Source of the DNA: Anaeramoeba ignava BMAN | Lineage: Eukaryota; Protista; Anaeramoebae | Assembly: GCA_028826165.1 (NCBI GenBank) | Contig: JAPDFW010000069.1 | Location: 248,001 to 312,000 of the forward strand | DNA length: 64,000 nucleotides | Direction: 5' to 3' | In this document: positions 14,334 to 28,500 of the stretch, piece after piece | How positions within the stretch are numbered: the stretch's first letter is position 1 | Layout of the letters: the number at the start of each line of letters is the position of its first letter | Position numbers and translations under genes: made by a program | The notes under the pieces: generated by a model | The model's database searches: none | Told to the model about the DNA's origin: nothing | What the model saw: only the letters and a program-made list of their open reading frames with translations

Positions 14334-17300
14334 ATGCAAACAAATCCTTTTAGAAATTTAAAAAAATTATCAATTTTTATTAACGGATTAACAGCTATTG
14401 ATACACAACATTTAATTGATGAACAAACGCCAACAATTGATGAACTTTTTAAAACAACAACAACATCTTCATTACATTATTTAAATCCAATTAATCCAAT
14501 TTTAGTTCAAGAACAATTTGCAAGAATTCCTGATGAATTCTTTATTACTCCAACTGGTAATTTATTATTTTAAAAAAATATATAAAATATATATATAAAA
14601 TATATAAATAAAATATAAATAAAATATATAAATAAAATATATATATAAAATATATAAAATATATATATAAAATATATATATAAAATATATAAATAAAATA
14701 TATAAATAAAATATATAAATAAAATATATAAATAAAATATAGATAATGATTCTTCAATTAAATGTGGTTTATTTACTGAAATTGGAAGAGCTTGGATAAC
14801 AAAAGATAATCAATTAATATTTTGGAATTATGAATCAGGGTAAAAATTAAAATTCATTTATAAAATTAAAATTCATTTATAAATTAAAATTAAAATTAAA
14901 ATTAAAATTAAAATTAAAATTAAAATTAAAATTAAAATTAAAATTAAAATTAAAATTAAAATTAAAATTAAAATTAAAATTAAAATTAAATTTAAAATTA
15001 AAATTAAAATTCATTTATAAAATTAAAATTAAAATTAAAATTTATTATTCTTTTTTTAAATTTAAAAAAATCAGATCACAAACTGAAAGATTTATAGAAT
15101 TTGATCAAACAATTGTTAATATTCAATTAGTTTATCCAAAACCAGATATTTTTATTGATGAAATTGAATACATTTTAGTAGTAGCAATACCATCAGAAAT
15201 ATATTTATTTGCAGTTCAAATACACGAACAACAGAATAAAATATCATTTTTACTTACCGAAAATAATTTAAAAATCAAAATTAAAATTTATTTAAAAATC
15301 AAAATTAAAATTCATTTATAAATTAAAATTAAAATGAAAATTCATTTAAAAATGAAAATTAAAATTCATTTATAAATTAAAATTAAAATTCATTTATAAA
15401 TTAAAATTCATTTATAAATGAAAATTAAAATTGAAATTAAAAAATTAAAATTAAAATTAAAATTAAATTAAAATTAAAATGAAAATTTTAAAATTAAAAT
15501 TAAAATTAAAATTAAATTTAAAATTAAAATCAAAATTCATTTTTATAAAATAAAAATTTAAAAATCAAAATTAAAATTAAAATTAAAAATGAAATTAAAA
15601 TTAAAATTAAAATTAAAATTAAAATTCATTTAAAATTGAAATTAAAATTCATTTATAATTAAAATTATAATTAAAATTATAATTAAAATTAAAATTAAAA
15701 TTTAAATTAAAATTAAAATTATAATTAAAATTCATTTAAAAATGAAAATTAAAATTAAAATTCATTTAAAAATGAAAATTAAAATTAAAATTCAAATTCA
15801 TTTAAAAATTAAAATTAAAATTAAAATTAAAATTTATATAAAAATTAAAATTTAAAATAGCAAACTTATCAATAAGCACAAACAATATCACAACAACATG
15901 CATAAAAGGAACACCAAACGGAAGAATATTTTTTGGAGGAAGTGATGGAAAACTATACGAAATTGATTACAAATCCAAAAAAGGAATATTCAGTCGAAAT
16001 TGCAAAAAAATCACACATTCAAAAAAAAAACTGAAAACAATACTTCCATCATTTTTAAATTTTACAAAAGATGATCCAATGGTTGAAATCAAGGTGGACG
16101 AATCACGGGGAATATTATATACATTATCAGAACAATCAGTGATAATTTGTTATGATCTTGGAATTGAATTCGATCAATGCAAACACGTTGCGACCCAGAG
16201 CAACATTGCAAAAAGCGCAACATCTGTAATACCCAGAGGAATTTCGGCCTTTGATTTGGATCCTCTGAAAATTGTCCATATAAGTCCTATATCAGATATT
16301 GAATCCAATGTCGTCAATTTGGTTGCAATAACAACAAAAGGCGTCCGTTTATATTTCACAACTTATCCATATTTTCGTCGATCAGATTCCTATCTTGAAA
16401 GACCCTCTATTCTTGACCTCATTCACGTACGATTTCTTCCGAATGATTATTTGGCAAAAATCGCAAGAGACTTGCAATTGAATTCTCCATTGAATCCGTT
16501 TGTTCAGCAAGCGCGAAGGAACCAATTCCAGGCGCATCTTAAGGCTTTTCAAGGACAAAATCCACAACAAGAACAGCATCAGCTGCAACAGAATAGAATG
16601 GCCATTCTCACGCAGCCACAATTCGAAAGTAGCATTGAAGTGGCTTATGCAGACAACGGAATTTTGTTGTGCTCAAATGAAATTGGAAATTTTCACACTT
16701 TGATCTGTGCAAATAGAAATGCTGTTTGGAATAACCAGCTGTCATCGCAACTACGGATTTCTTATGAGCAAATTTTAACGGAAGATCTAAGTAATGTCGA
16801 CATTACAAGCGAAATATATGTTATTGATGAAGTTCCAATAGAAAAACTGATTGAAAACCCTGTTCTTGTGGATCTTTTAATGGCTCAACAAGAAGAAGAG
16901 AAAACAAAAAGATTGGAAAACGATCAACAAACGGACATAGTGCAACCAATGGAGCTGAAAAATTATGGCGATATGATAAACACGCCTACACAATTTATGT
17001 CTGTTGTGAGAAACAGTGATTTGACAAAAATGTCACTTTCGGTTTTCATCCGAAATGAACTTGCTTCTCAACATCTTTTCTCACCAAGAAAGTTCGTATT
17101 GCTGACAAATTCGGGGCTGGTTACATACACCAAATTACGGCCTATCGATCATCTTTCGAATATAATCTCGCAAACAAACGGAAAAACAACAAATCAGTTG
17201 ATCAACTTCTTCAAAACATACGGAGTTGACGAGTCCTGCTCAATGTGCCTCGTGCTAGCAACCAGTTTCCCAATAAGCGACAGCGGACAGAATTATCTCA

Positions 17301-20119
17301 TACAAAAAACACCAACACGCCAGCCGCGCGCTGTCTATACAAACGAGGCTCCTCCGCTTTCTGCCACTTTCAGAAGGACTTTTTCGCAATTTCGTTCTCC
17401 AAAAAGAAATGCTTTAATATCCCCCAAAACTAAACATAATTTCTATTCCAGACTCTTGCCTAGTCGCAAGGTTGCTGAGCACGCAAAGGCGATTTTGTTC
17501 CGAATGAGCGAATTTTTTATGAACCAAAAAAAACAGCAAAATTTCAATCAAAATCAAAATCAAAATCAAAATCAAAATAAAAATTTCAATCAATTTGGAA
17601 ATCAAAATATAATTGAAGAAGAAGTTGAAGACGGAACACAAAAAGGGTTTGAGGAGAAAGAGTATGAAGGGATCCGAGGGAGACAAATGGGGGTAAACGA
17701 GGAGGAGTATTCACGGCAATACGGGATTTCTCGCGGAGAATTTTCGGGAAAAAGAAACGGAATTTTACTTCTTCTTTCGCGACTACTTTTTCCGATATGG
17801 AATTTCTCAATAGCAATTGAGATGAGTGTACTCCAAGTGGGGGAATCTGAGGAGGAAAAGGAGGAGCAGAAAGAACCGCAGGAAGACGCAATGGATATCA
17901 TACAGAAAACGGAGGAAAGCAATTACCAAAAGGCGATCCGGGTTCTTGATGGGATCCGAAAATACGCAATGGATTTAATACTTCCAAACCAAAAGGAATA
18001 CTACGAAACTCAGATATGGTGTCGGTTCACAAAGATCCAACTTGTGGAACTGCAAAAACCGCTTGTCAATCTTCAGCAATTCATTAAAAATTATTTATAC
18101 AGCGGAAAAGAGCCAGAAATTGCGATTGAATCCTCAACAAACAAACGGACAAGCCCCAGAAAAACGGAACAAAAACAACGCGCAGAACTCGAGATGCAAT
18201 CCGTTACGGATCTCTATTTCATCCTCAAAAGATCCGTTGATTGCCTGTCGTTGTTGGAAATTTTTGTGGAACATGGATTTGAATTTATCGCAATTTATCT
18301 TCCCAAACACATCCAGCAAATCCTGCTCAACATCACGTTCAAAGACTTCATCACAAGCGTTGAGGGTCTTGAGCTCGCAGAGCTTATGATCGAATCCCTG
18401 TTCAAACTATACGAGAACGAATCCAAGGCAATCGACCAAATAAGCTCACTTCTTGGCGAACGATGCGCAACTTTTTTCAGTCAATCTGACAACCTCAAAA
18501 TCAAGGCATTCAAATTATTATCACAAGCAAAGAAAACAAAGCTTAAAGGCGAGCGGAACGAGCTTATCCGCCAGTCCTTGAATATTTACAAATCAGTCGC
18601 AGATAAAATTGATGTCGAATCCATCTGCTGGCAATTTGCAGAGCTTTATCACTTTAACGACGCAATTGATATTGCGCTTTCTCGCGCGAAAATTATCGAT
18701 CCTGAGAATAAGAGCTCTTCTTTTTATGGAAAAAATACAAACGAGAATTCAAACGAAAATATAACGGAAAATTTCAATCAGAATTTAATCGATAACGACT
18801 TAGAAGAAATTTATTCGAAACGCATAGAATGCTATCAAGTCGTGATTGAAATTTTCCAGAACTTGATTTCTTTCCCAAATATCGCACTTGATCAAGAAGA
18901 AATAAACAACATGATCCCCCCAAATCAAACAACCCTCAAGCACCGCATTCTCCTCAACATCCCGCCTTCCAAAAAGGAGGTCTACCAAGAGGAGGCACTG
19001 CGCGCAATGATGAGATCGCAAGACGAGCTTTTCCACAACTATTTCTTCCAATTTCTGCTCCAAAATTCGCTGCCAAATATCCTTCTAAACTTGAAATCGC
19101 AGCATTTGGAGGGTTTTCTGAAGAGAAACTCCCGCGATCTTCTTTGGCAGTACTACATCCGAAACAACAAATTCTCAAACGCAGCAGATATTCTTATCGA
19201 ACTTGCAGAGGAATCAAGTGATTCTGAAGAAAATGATTTTGATTCAACCGAAAAACCGAAAAAGAAATTTTCTTTAGAACAAAGAATAGAATATTTATCA
19301 CTGGCGCTATCCAACATGAAAAACAAAGAGCAGAACTCAGGAGACCCCGAAAAGCTGCAAGAGCTGCAAGACAAACTGGATGTCGCACTGATTCAACAGG
19401 GCTTGATTGAGGAGGCCAAAAGCGTTCTTGAAGAGGAAGAGTTGATCCAAATTGTCCCGAATTTGGATTCCAGACTTTTTTCAATTTCGCAACTTTATAA
19501 CGACTTCGCTTTCCCTCTCTGTCTCTGGGACTCTTGCTTGGCCATCCTCCGCTGCTCGGAATACGAAGATCCGTCCGTTTACCAGATCATTTGGGAAAAA
19601 ATCATCCAGAAAATTTCCGAATCTTCGGATCAACTCCCCCAATCTCAACCCCAGCAAATAATCAACTTGGTTCATGACAAAGTTCTCAATCTCGGAAGGC
19701 AATTTTATCCCTCGAAATTCGCTTTTCCTGTCCCTTATATTTGCTTCTTGCTCGAAAGCTTGAATTTCGGTTTCCGTTTGAATTCTAATTTCGACAATTG
19801 GGTCGTCCGTTTAATGATCGAAATTGGTGTTCCTTATTCTATTCTTTTCAATTCTTATCTTCAGGAGCTTTATTCCAAAATTAACGACGACCGTTTCTTG
19901 ATTATTGTTTTCCAAAGCTTATTTTATATCGTTTATTCTTGGTTGGATTATATTCAAAGAAGTTTTAATATTGAAGAAAAAAATATTTTTGCAAATCAAA
20001 AAGTTTTGGATAAAGTTCAAGAATTTATTCAAAAATTACAAGAAATTTCAAAAAAACAAAAAGGAGAAGAAGTTCAAATTGCAAAATATTTAATTCAACA
20101 ATTTCAAAATTTAAAATAA
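14334..20119 (+). CDS. NUP155: Nucleoporin Nup155/Nup170
   Basis: GLFTEIGRAWIT..LIFWNY, GRIFFGGSDGKLYEIDY, NELASQH..PRKFVLLT, DELFH, DLLWQYY, LEQRIEYLSLA, ISQLYNDFAFP. Exons 14334-14556, 14743-14839, 15075 to about 15256, and 15861-20119. Confidence 0.93.
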
Positions 20120-20283
20120 AAATTTAAAATAAAAAATTTAAATTTAAATTATTTTTTTTTTTATTAAAAAGAAAAGAATAAATTCGATCAAAAAAAAAAG
20201 AAGAACATTTAAAAAGAAAAAGAAAATGAAAAAGAAAAATGAAAATGAAAAATTAAGAAGAAGAAAATCAAAATGAAAGAAAA

Positions 20284-21562
<1,279 letters not shown>

Positions 21563-22069
21563 TTAATAATAATAAAAATAATTTAAAAAATAAAAATAAT
21601 TTAATAAATGAAAAAATAATAAATGAAAAAATGAAATTTTTATTTTGATTTTTGTTTTTCTTTTATGCTTTTTTAATTAAAAAAAAATTTAATTAAAAAA
21701 AACACGTTTTTTCTTTTTCTCATAATTATGAGTTTTAATTAATTAATTATAAAAATTTTTTTTTTATTTTTTTCTTTAATAAATCAAGATCAATTTTAAA
21801 TTCTTTTTTTTACATTAATTCATTTATAATTTCTTTTTAAAATATTATTTTTAAAACTGATCACTTTTTTTTCTTTTTTTTTTCTTTTTTTGGATCTTTA
21901 AATTTTTTTTTGATCTTTTTTTTTAATCTCTTTTTTTAAAGAAAAGCAAAAAAAAAGAAAAATTAATTTTATTATAAATACAATTTAAAATTGTTTTAAA
22001 ATATTTCAAATAAAACTGATCATTTTTTTGGATTGATCATTTTTTTTAATTTAAAAAGCAAAAATTTAG

Positions 22070-23250
22070 AAAAAAGAATAAATATAATTTAATATTTAAA
22101 ATATAAATATAAAAAATGGGAATAGATTTGATTTAATATTTAATTTATAAATCAATTTAAAAATATAATTTAATATTTAATTTTATTATTAAAATAATAA
22201 TTTATTGTTTTATATTTAAATATTTTATTATTTAAATATTTAACATATAAATATAAAAAATAGAAATTGATTTAATTTAATATTTAATTTATAAATTAAT
22301 TTAAAAATATAATTTAATATTTAATTTTATTATTAAAATAATAATTTATTGTTTTAGATTTAAATATTTTATAATTTAAATATTTAACATATAAATATAA
22401 AAATGGGAATAGATTTGATTTAATATTTAATTAAGAAATTAATTTAAAAATATAATTTAATATTTAATTTTATTATTAAAATAATAATTTAATGTTTTAG
22501 ATTTAAATATTTTATTATTTAAAAATATTTAACAAATAAATATAAAAATGAGAATAAGTTTAATTTAATATTCAATTTATAATTTAATTTAAAAATATAA
22601 TTTAATATTTAATTTTATTATTAAAATAATAATTTATTGTTTTAGATTTAAATATTTTATTATTTAAATATTTAACATATAAATATAAAAATAAGAATAG
22701 ATTTAATTTAATATTTAGTTTATAAATTAATTTAAAAATATAATTTAATATTTAATTTTATTATTAAAATAATAATTTAATGTTTTTAGATTTAAATATT
22801 TTATTATTTAAATATTTAGCATATAAATATAAAAATAAGAATAGATTTAATTTAATATTTAATTTATAAATTAATTTAAAAAATATAATTTATTATTTAA
22901 TTTTATTATTAAAATAATAATTTAATATTTTAGATTTAAATATTTTATTATTTAAATATTTAACATATAAAAATATAAAAATAAGAATAGATTTAATTTA
23001 ATATTTAGTTTATAAATTAATTTAAAAATATAATTTAATATTTAATTTTATTATTAAAATAATAATTTAATGTTTTAAATTTAAACATTTTTCTTTATTA
23101 ATTATTTAACATATAAATATCAAAAATGGGAATAGATTTAATTTAATAATTAATTTATAAATTAATTTAAAAATATAATTTAATATTTAATTTTATGTTT
23201 AAAATAATAATTTATTGTTTTAGATTTAAATATTTTATTATTTAAAAATA
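22070..23250 (+). repeat. About 144-bp AT-rich tandem array (about 8 units), family A
   Basis: Anchor aatagattt(a/g)atttaatatt recurs at about 22121, 22264, 22408, 22552, 22696, 22841, 22986 and 23131. Confidence 0.9.
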
Positions 23251-23415
23251 TTTTGAAAATTGATTTTTTTGAAATTAAAATTTTATCTTTTTTTTGAATT
23301 AAATTGAATTAATATTAATTTGGAAATTTGTTTTAAAATTTAAATTTATTAATAATTTTTAAATTCCAAAAAAAAAATTAAATTAAAAATTAAATTAAAA
23401 TAATTTTCCTTTTTT
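23250..23415 (+). promoter_or_regulatory. Conserved non-tandem tail of the family-A module upstream of a BTB gene
   Basis: Near-identical reverse complement at about 42712-42870, upstream of the other BTB gene. The regulatory role is inferred. Confidence 0.55.
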
Positions 23416-23649
23416 TTTTAATAAAAAAATTAATAAAAATAATAATAATTTATTAATAAATTAATTTAAAATAATAAATTAAAAAGAAAATTAAATTAAT
23501 TATTAATTTAAATTTATTCTTATTTTTTATATTTTTATTTATTTTCAAAATCCACTTTTTTTTTTATTTTTTTTTTTCATTTTTTTTTTTCATTTTTTTC
23601 CTTTTTTTTTTAAAACAAAAAACAAAAAACAACAAAAACACAAAACAAA

Positions 23650-25323
23650 ATGGATAATAATAATAATAACCAAATTGAAATTGAAAATGCAAATCAAAAT
23701 GAAAATGAAAATGAAATGAAAAATTTAGAAAAAAAAGTAACAAAAAATTTAATTAAAAATTATTCAAACCTTTTAAATGGAAATTCCTTTAAAGATTTTT
23801 CAATTTTTGTTGAGAATAAATCAAATCCTTTTGAAATTAAAGTTCATAAATCAATTTTATCTTCAAGATCTCCTTTTTTTAATGAATCATTAAGGCAAGA
23901 ATCTCTTTTTATTTCTTTAAATCAATTTAATAAAAAAGAAATGGAATCAATTTTGAGTTATATTTATTATGGAAATATTTCTTTTGAGAATCAAGAAAAT
24001 CTTTTTCAATTATTGGAAATTTCAATTTATTTTAAATTAAATTTATTGAAAGAAATTATTCAAAAAAAAATTTCAAATTCAATTAATTATTCAAATTTTT
24101 TCCAATTTTTATTCCAAAATCGAAATTTAAATTTAAATGAAATTGAAATAAAATGTTTTGAATTAATAAATCAAAATTTTTCCCAAATTCAGAATAATGA
24201 GAATTTATTCAATTTAACTAAAGAAGAAATTATCAAATTTATTCAATTTAAACAAGAAAAAAAAGAAATTTTTCAATTTGATTTTTTTCAATTTTTAAAT
24301 AATTGGATTAAAAAAAGAAATGAAAGATTAAAAGGAAAGAAAGAAAAAGAAAAAGAAAAAGAAAAGGGAATTGAAAAGAAAAGATTATTTCATTCTTTTT
24401 TTTCATTATTTGATAAAGATTCAATTTCAAAACAAGATTTTGATAAATTAAAACAATTTGATTTTTTTCCCAAATCTTTTTTAGTTGATATTCAAACCAA
24501 AGTTATTCAAGACAATCAAAAGGAAATTGAAAACAAAGAGAAAGAAATTGAAGATAAAAACAAAGAAATTGAAAAGAATCAAAAAGAAAATCAACAAATG
24601 AAAATTGAAATTGAAGAGAAATGGAAGAAAGAGGTTGAAGATAAAAACAAAGAAATTGAAGAGAAATGGAAGAAAGAAGTTGAGAAAATGAAACCAACGT
24701 TTGATAAATATGGAGATCAATATCAAAAAGATTTGGAACTTGAGAAAAAATTAGAAGAAATCAAAAAGAATTTTCCTCAATTTTCTGGAATTGTGAAAGA
24801 TATTGAATATGTTAAGAAATTACAAGAATGGATAAATGATAATGATTTTTTTTCTAAAATGAAAAAAGGATTTTCAGCAAAAAAAGATGGATTTAATTCT
24901 CGAAATTGGCATAAAGCAGTTGATGGGAAAGGAAAAACATTAGTTATTATCAAAACAAAAGATAATTTTATTTTTGGAGGATTTACTCAAGTTGGATTTA
25001 AATATGTTCAATCAGGTGGAGAATGGATTAATGATTCAAATGCATTTATTTTTTCATTAAGAAATGATAAAGGGGATAGAATACCTGCAAAGTTTACACA
25101 TAAACAAAAGAATGCAATTCATTCTGGTTTAAGTTATGGTCCATTATTTGGTAATGGATGGGATTTCGGTTTTGAATCTAATTTACAAGCTGGTTATTCA
25201 AATTTTGGTTATAGTTATAATCTACCTAATGGAATTGAATATGAATCAGATGAAGCTAAAAGTTATTTAGCTGGTTCTTATAATAAATGGATTATTGATG
25301 AACTTGAATCTTATTTCATTTAA
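23650..25323 (+). CDS. BTB/POZ - coiled coil - TLDc domain protein
   Basis: BTB: DFSIFV..IKVHKSILSSRSPFF..ILSYIYYG. TLDc: FSAKKDGFNSRNWHKAVDGKGKTLVIIKT..FIFGGFT..DSNAFIFSL..YGPLFG..YLAGS..IDELESY. Confidence 0.9.
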   Translation: MDNNNNNQIEIENANQNENENEMKNLEKKVTKNLIKNYSNLLNGNSFKDFSIFVENKSNPFEIKVHKSILSSRSPFFNESLRQESLFISLNQFNKKEMESILSYIYYGNISFENQENLFQLLEISIYFKLNLLKEIIQKKISNSINYSNFFQFLFQNRNLNLNEIEIKCFELINQNFSQIQNNENLFNLTKEEIIKFIQFKQEKKEIFQFDFFQFLNNWIKKRNERLKGKKEKEKEKEKGIEKKRLFHSFFSLFDKDSISKQDFDKLKQFDFFPKSFLVDIQTKVIQDNQKEIENKEKEIEDKNKEIEKNQKENQQMKIEIEEKWKKEVEDKNKEIEEKWKKEVEKMKPTFDKYGDQYQKDLELEKKLEEIKKNFPQFSGIVKDIEYVKKLQEWINDNDFFSKMKKGFSAKKDGFNSRNWHKAVDGKGKTLVIIKTKDNFIFGGFTQVGFKYVQSGGEWINDSNAFIFSLRNDKGDRIPAKFTHKQKNAIHSGLSYGPLFGNGWDFGFESNLQAGYSNFGYSYNLPNGIEYESDEAKSYLAGSYNKWIIDELESYFI

Positions 25324-25534
25324 AACACTTTTTTTTCAAAATTTAATTCAATTTTAATTTACTTTTAATCAAATTAATTTCTTTAAATCAATAAATAAGA
25401 AACAAATAAAAATTAAAATTAAAATTAAAATTAAAATTAAAATAAAAATCAAAATTCAAATTAAAAAAGTGGAATTTTTGTTTTTTCTTTTTATTTTCTT
25501 TTTTCTTTTTGAATTTCAATTTGAAATGAATTAT

Positions 25535-28500
25535 TTAATTAATTTTGTTGTTTTTTCTTGGAATTAAAGGAATTTCTAATTGATTATCAAATATAATTTC
25601 TTCTTGTTGTTTTTCTTCTGAATTTGATTTCAATTTTTCTTCAATTAATTTTTCAACTTTTTCTTCTTTTTCTTTCTTTAATTCTTTTCTTCTTTTTTCA
25701 ATTTTAAGTGCTTTTTTTCTTAATTCTTTTAAATTTTTATTTGATGAAAGTGTAAGAAGAAATAAAAATATTTTTCTAATTTTTTCTTTTTGAATTGGTT
25801 CATGAGAAATTGGATGATATTCAATAAAAGTAAGTTGTGTTTTTTTTTCTTTGTTTAAAAGATCTTGATTAATTCCTTTTGGAAATATTTTTTGAAACAT
25901 AATTTTTTTCTGATTAACAAAATTAATTAAATAATTTGAAAAAATTCTTAGAATTGGATTATTTATTTCATGATCAATTAACATCATTGCTGAATAAGAT
26001 TCATCAAATGATTTTTTATCATCAAGTCTGAATATTGATAAAATTGATCCACCTCCCATTCCTAATAATTTTTTAATTGATGAAGTTGCTCCTGAAACTA
26101 TTGTCATAAAAAATTTAATAAAATCATAAATTGAAAATGCTGTTCGATTAGTTATTTTGTTTTTATAAGTGAAATATTTCCTCATAATTTTTTGAGCAAT
26201 AATTCCAAAAATAATTTGATAAACAATCACAATTATAATAAAAGATATCAAATATTTAAATACTCCATAAAGAAATTGTTTTGAAATGAACCAATAAATT
26301 GTTGGAATAATAAATAAAATGATGAAAACAAAAACCCAAACTAAAAAGAATGAAATTAATCCTAACCAAGCTTGTAAATTTGTATATGAAGTTACTTTAA
26401 CTGGATCTGCTGTTTCAAATTCTGGAAATGGTTTTTTACCTTGTCTTAAAAGCATTATTCTTTTCTTATATAATTTGAAAATTGATCTCCAAAGCAAAAG
26501 AAGAATAATAAATGCAATTAATCCTGAAATTCCTGAAGTAATTGATATTGCATTAAGAATTTGATTTACTTTTGTTCTTGAAAATGAATAAATAAATCTT
26601 GAAAATGAATTTGGAAATGGATTTGGATTACTTGAATAAGTTGAATCAATTTCTTGAATTAATTCAACTCCATAAATTGAAATTGTGTTTAAATAATCAT
26701 TCATATTTGGTTTATCTTCAAAACATTGATTTTGTTGAACATTTCCAATAACTTGTTGTCGATATAATTCAGTAATTAAACAAGAACTTCTTATTAATTT
26801 TGTTATAAGTAAAATCAATAAAATAACTAATACAATCCAAAGCCAAAATGAAGCAATCATTCTTTGTGGATAATAAAAATCAAAATAACTTTCATATTCT
26901 TGATGTGGATTTGTTTTATCTTCAAATTTTGATTTGATTTTTTTGATTAATTTTTTGAATAATCCAATAATCCAATTCCAAAAAATTGAACATTTATTTT
27001 TTGATTTGATTTGATTTTCTTTTTGTTTTTGTCGATCTTGTTTTTCAATTTCTTTTTTTACTTTTCTTTGAAATTGTAATGAGTTAATAATTTTCTTCTT
27101 TCTTAAATTTTGAGAATGTGATTTAACAAGGAATTGAATTTCTTTTTCTGTTAATTCTGAGATTTTCTTATTCTTGATATTTTCTTCTAATTTGTTATTT
27201 TGATTTTGATTTCGGTTTTGATTTTGATTTTGAATTTGAATTTCTTTTTGGGAATCAGATTCTAATTCAATTTCTCCATTTTCAATTTTTTTATTTTCAT
27301 TTTCATTTTCAATTTCAAAATCTTCATCAATAATTTCAAAATCACTTAATTCTGTTTCTGTTTCTGTTTCTGTTTCTGATTCTAAATGTTGTTCAATAAA
27401 TTTTTTTTCAATTTCTATAAATTTTAATGATTTGTTTGCACCTATTGGAAGTAATCTTTTGAAAAGAATAAAATAATTTGATATTCTTTCATGAATAAAA
27501 AATGTTTTTTCAATTAATTTTCTAAATTTTGGAATAAATTTTGATAAAATAATAATCAATAAAATCAAAAGAGAAAGACTAATAAGAATTGATTCAAAAA
27601 TTGATAATGCAACAAATTGTCCTGTTTCAATTTTATCTGTTTTAGGAATTAAATTTGAAATATAAACCATCAAAACAATAATTAATCCAATAACAATAAG
27701 AAATGTAATAATATTATGATTCTTTGTTGAATTAAGAACAAATGGGAAAATAAGACATAAACTAAAAACCCAAAAAAGAAAAGATTGTTTAAGTGAATCA
27801 ATGGCTTTTGTTACAACAATTTTATCAGGTGATGTAATTAAAATTGTTTGGAAATTTGATTGAATTCCTAAAACTGAAAATGCAATTTCTGCTTTTACTT
27901 TTCCTTCTTTATTCAAGCATTTTGAATCTCCTGAAACTGAATCAAATTTCAAATTGTTTAAAATCGTTTGATTATTTGGTTTTTTAACAATATTATCATT
28001 AGAAAAAGAAGCATCTGAACATTTTGTAATAATATTAATTGGAAAAGAAATATTTTCAAAATTTTCAAAATATTCAAAAAAAGTGATATTAATTGTTGCT
28101 GAAAATGTATTTCCAATTTCTAATTCATTTGGAAAATCTGAAGTTGGAATAAGATTTACTTTTTGAATTGGAATTTGAACATAAATTGGATCACTTGTAA
28201 TAGAAAAAGAATTTAAATAAGAAAATTCAATTTGATAATATCCAAAATTTCCTGATTCCATTCTTAAATTGAAAACTGCAATTCCATTTTCATCAGTTAT
28301 TTCAAGTGAAGTTGATGGATCTAATTTCCCATTTTCTGAATTTTGTGAAATTAATTTAGCAGTTATTGGTTTTCCAGAAATTGGAATTGAAAAAGAAAAA
28401 ATTTGAACAATAAATGAACCTAAATAATTCTTGTTATTAAATGTTATTGATTGATTAGGGAAAATAAATGGAATTCCAATTTGGGAATTAATTGAAGAAC

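Noticed and set aside
16174-19702. Short antisense ORFs within Nup155 (likewise within INTS6 and the WD40 gene)
   Set aside because: Expected by chance in GC-richer coding DNA; they have no motifs or promoter signals.
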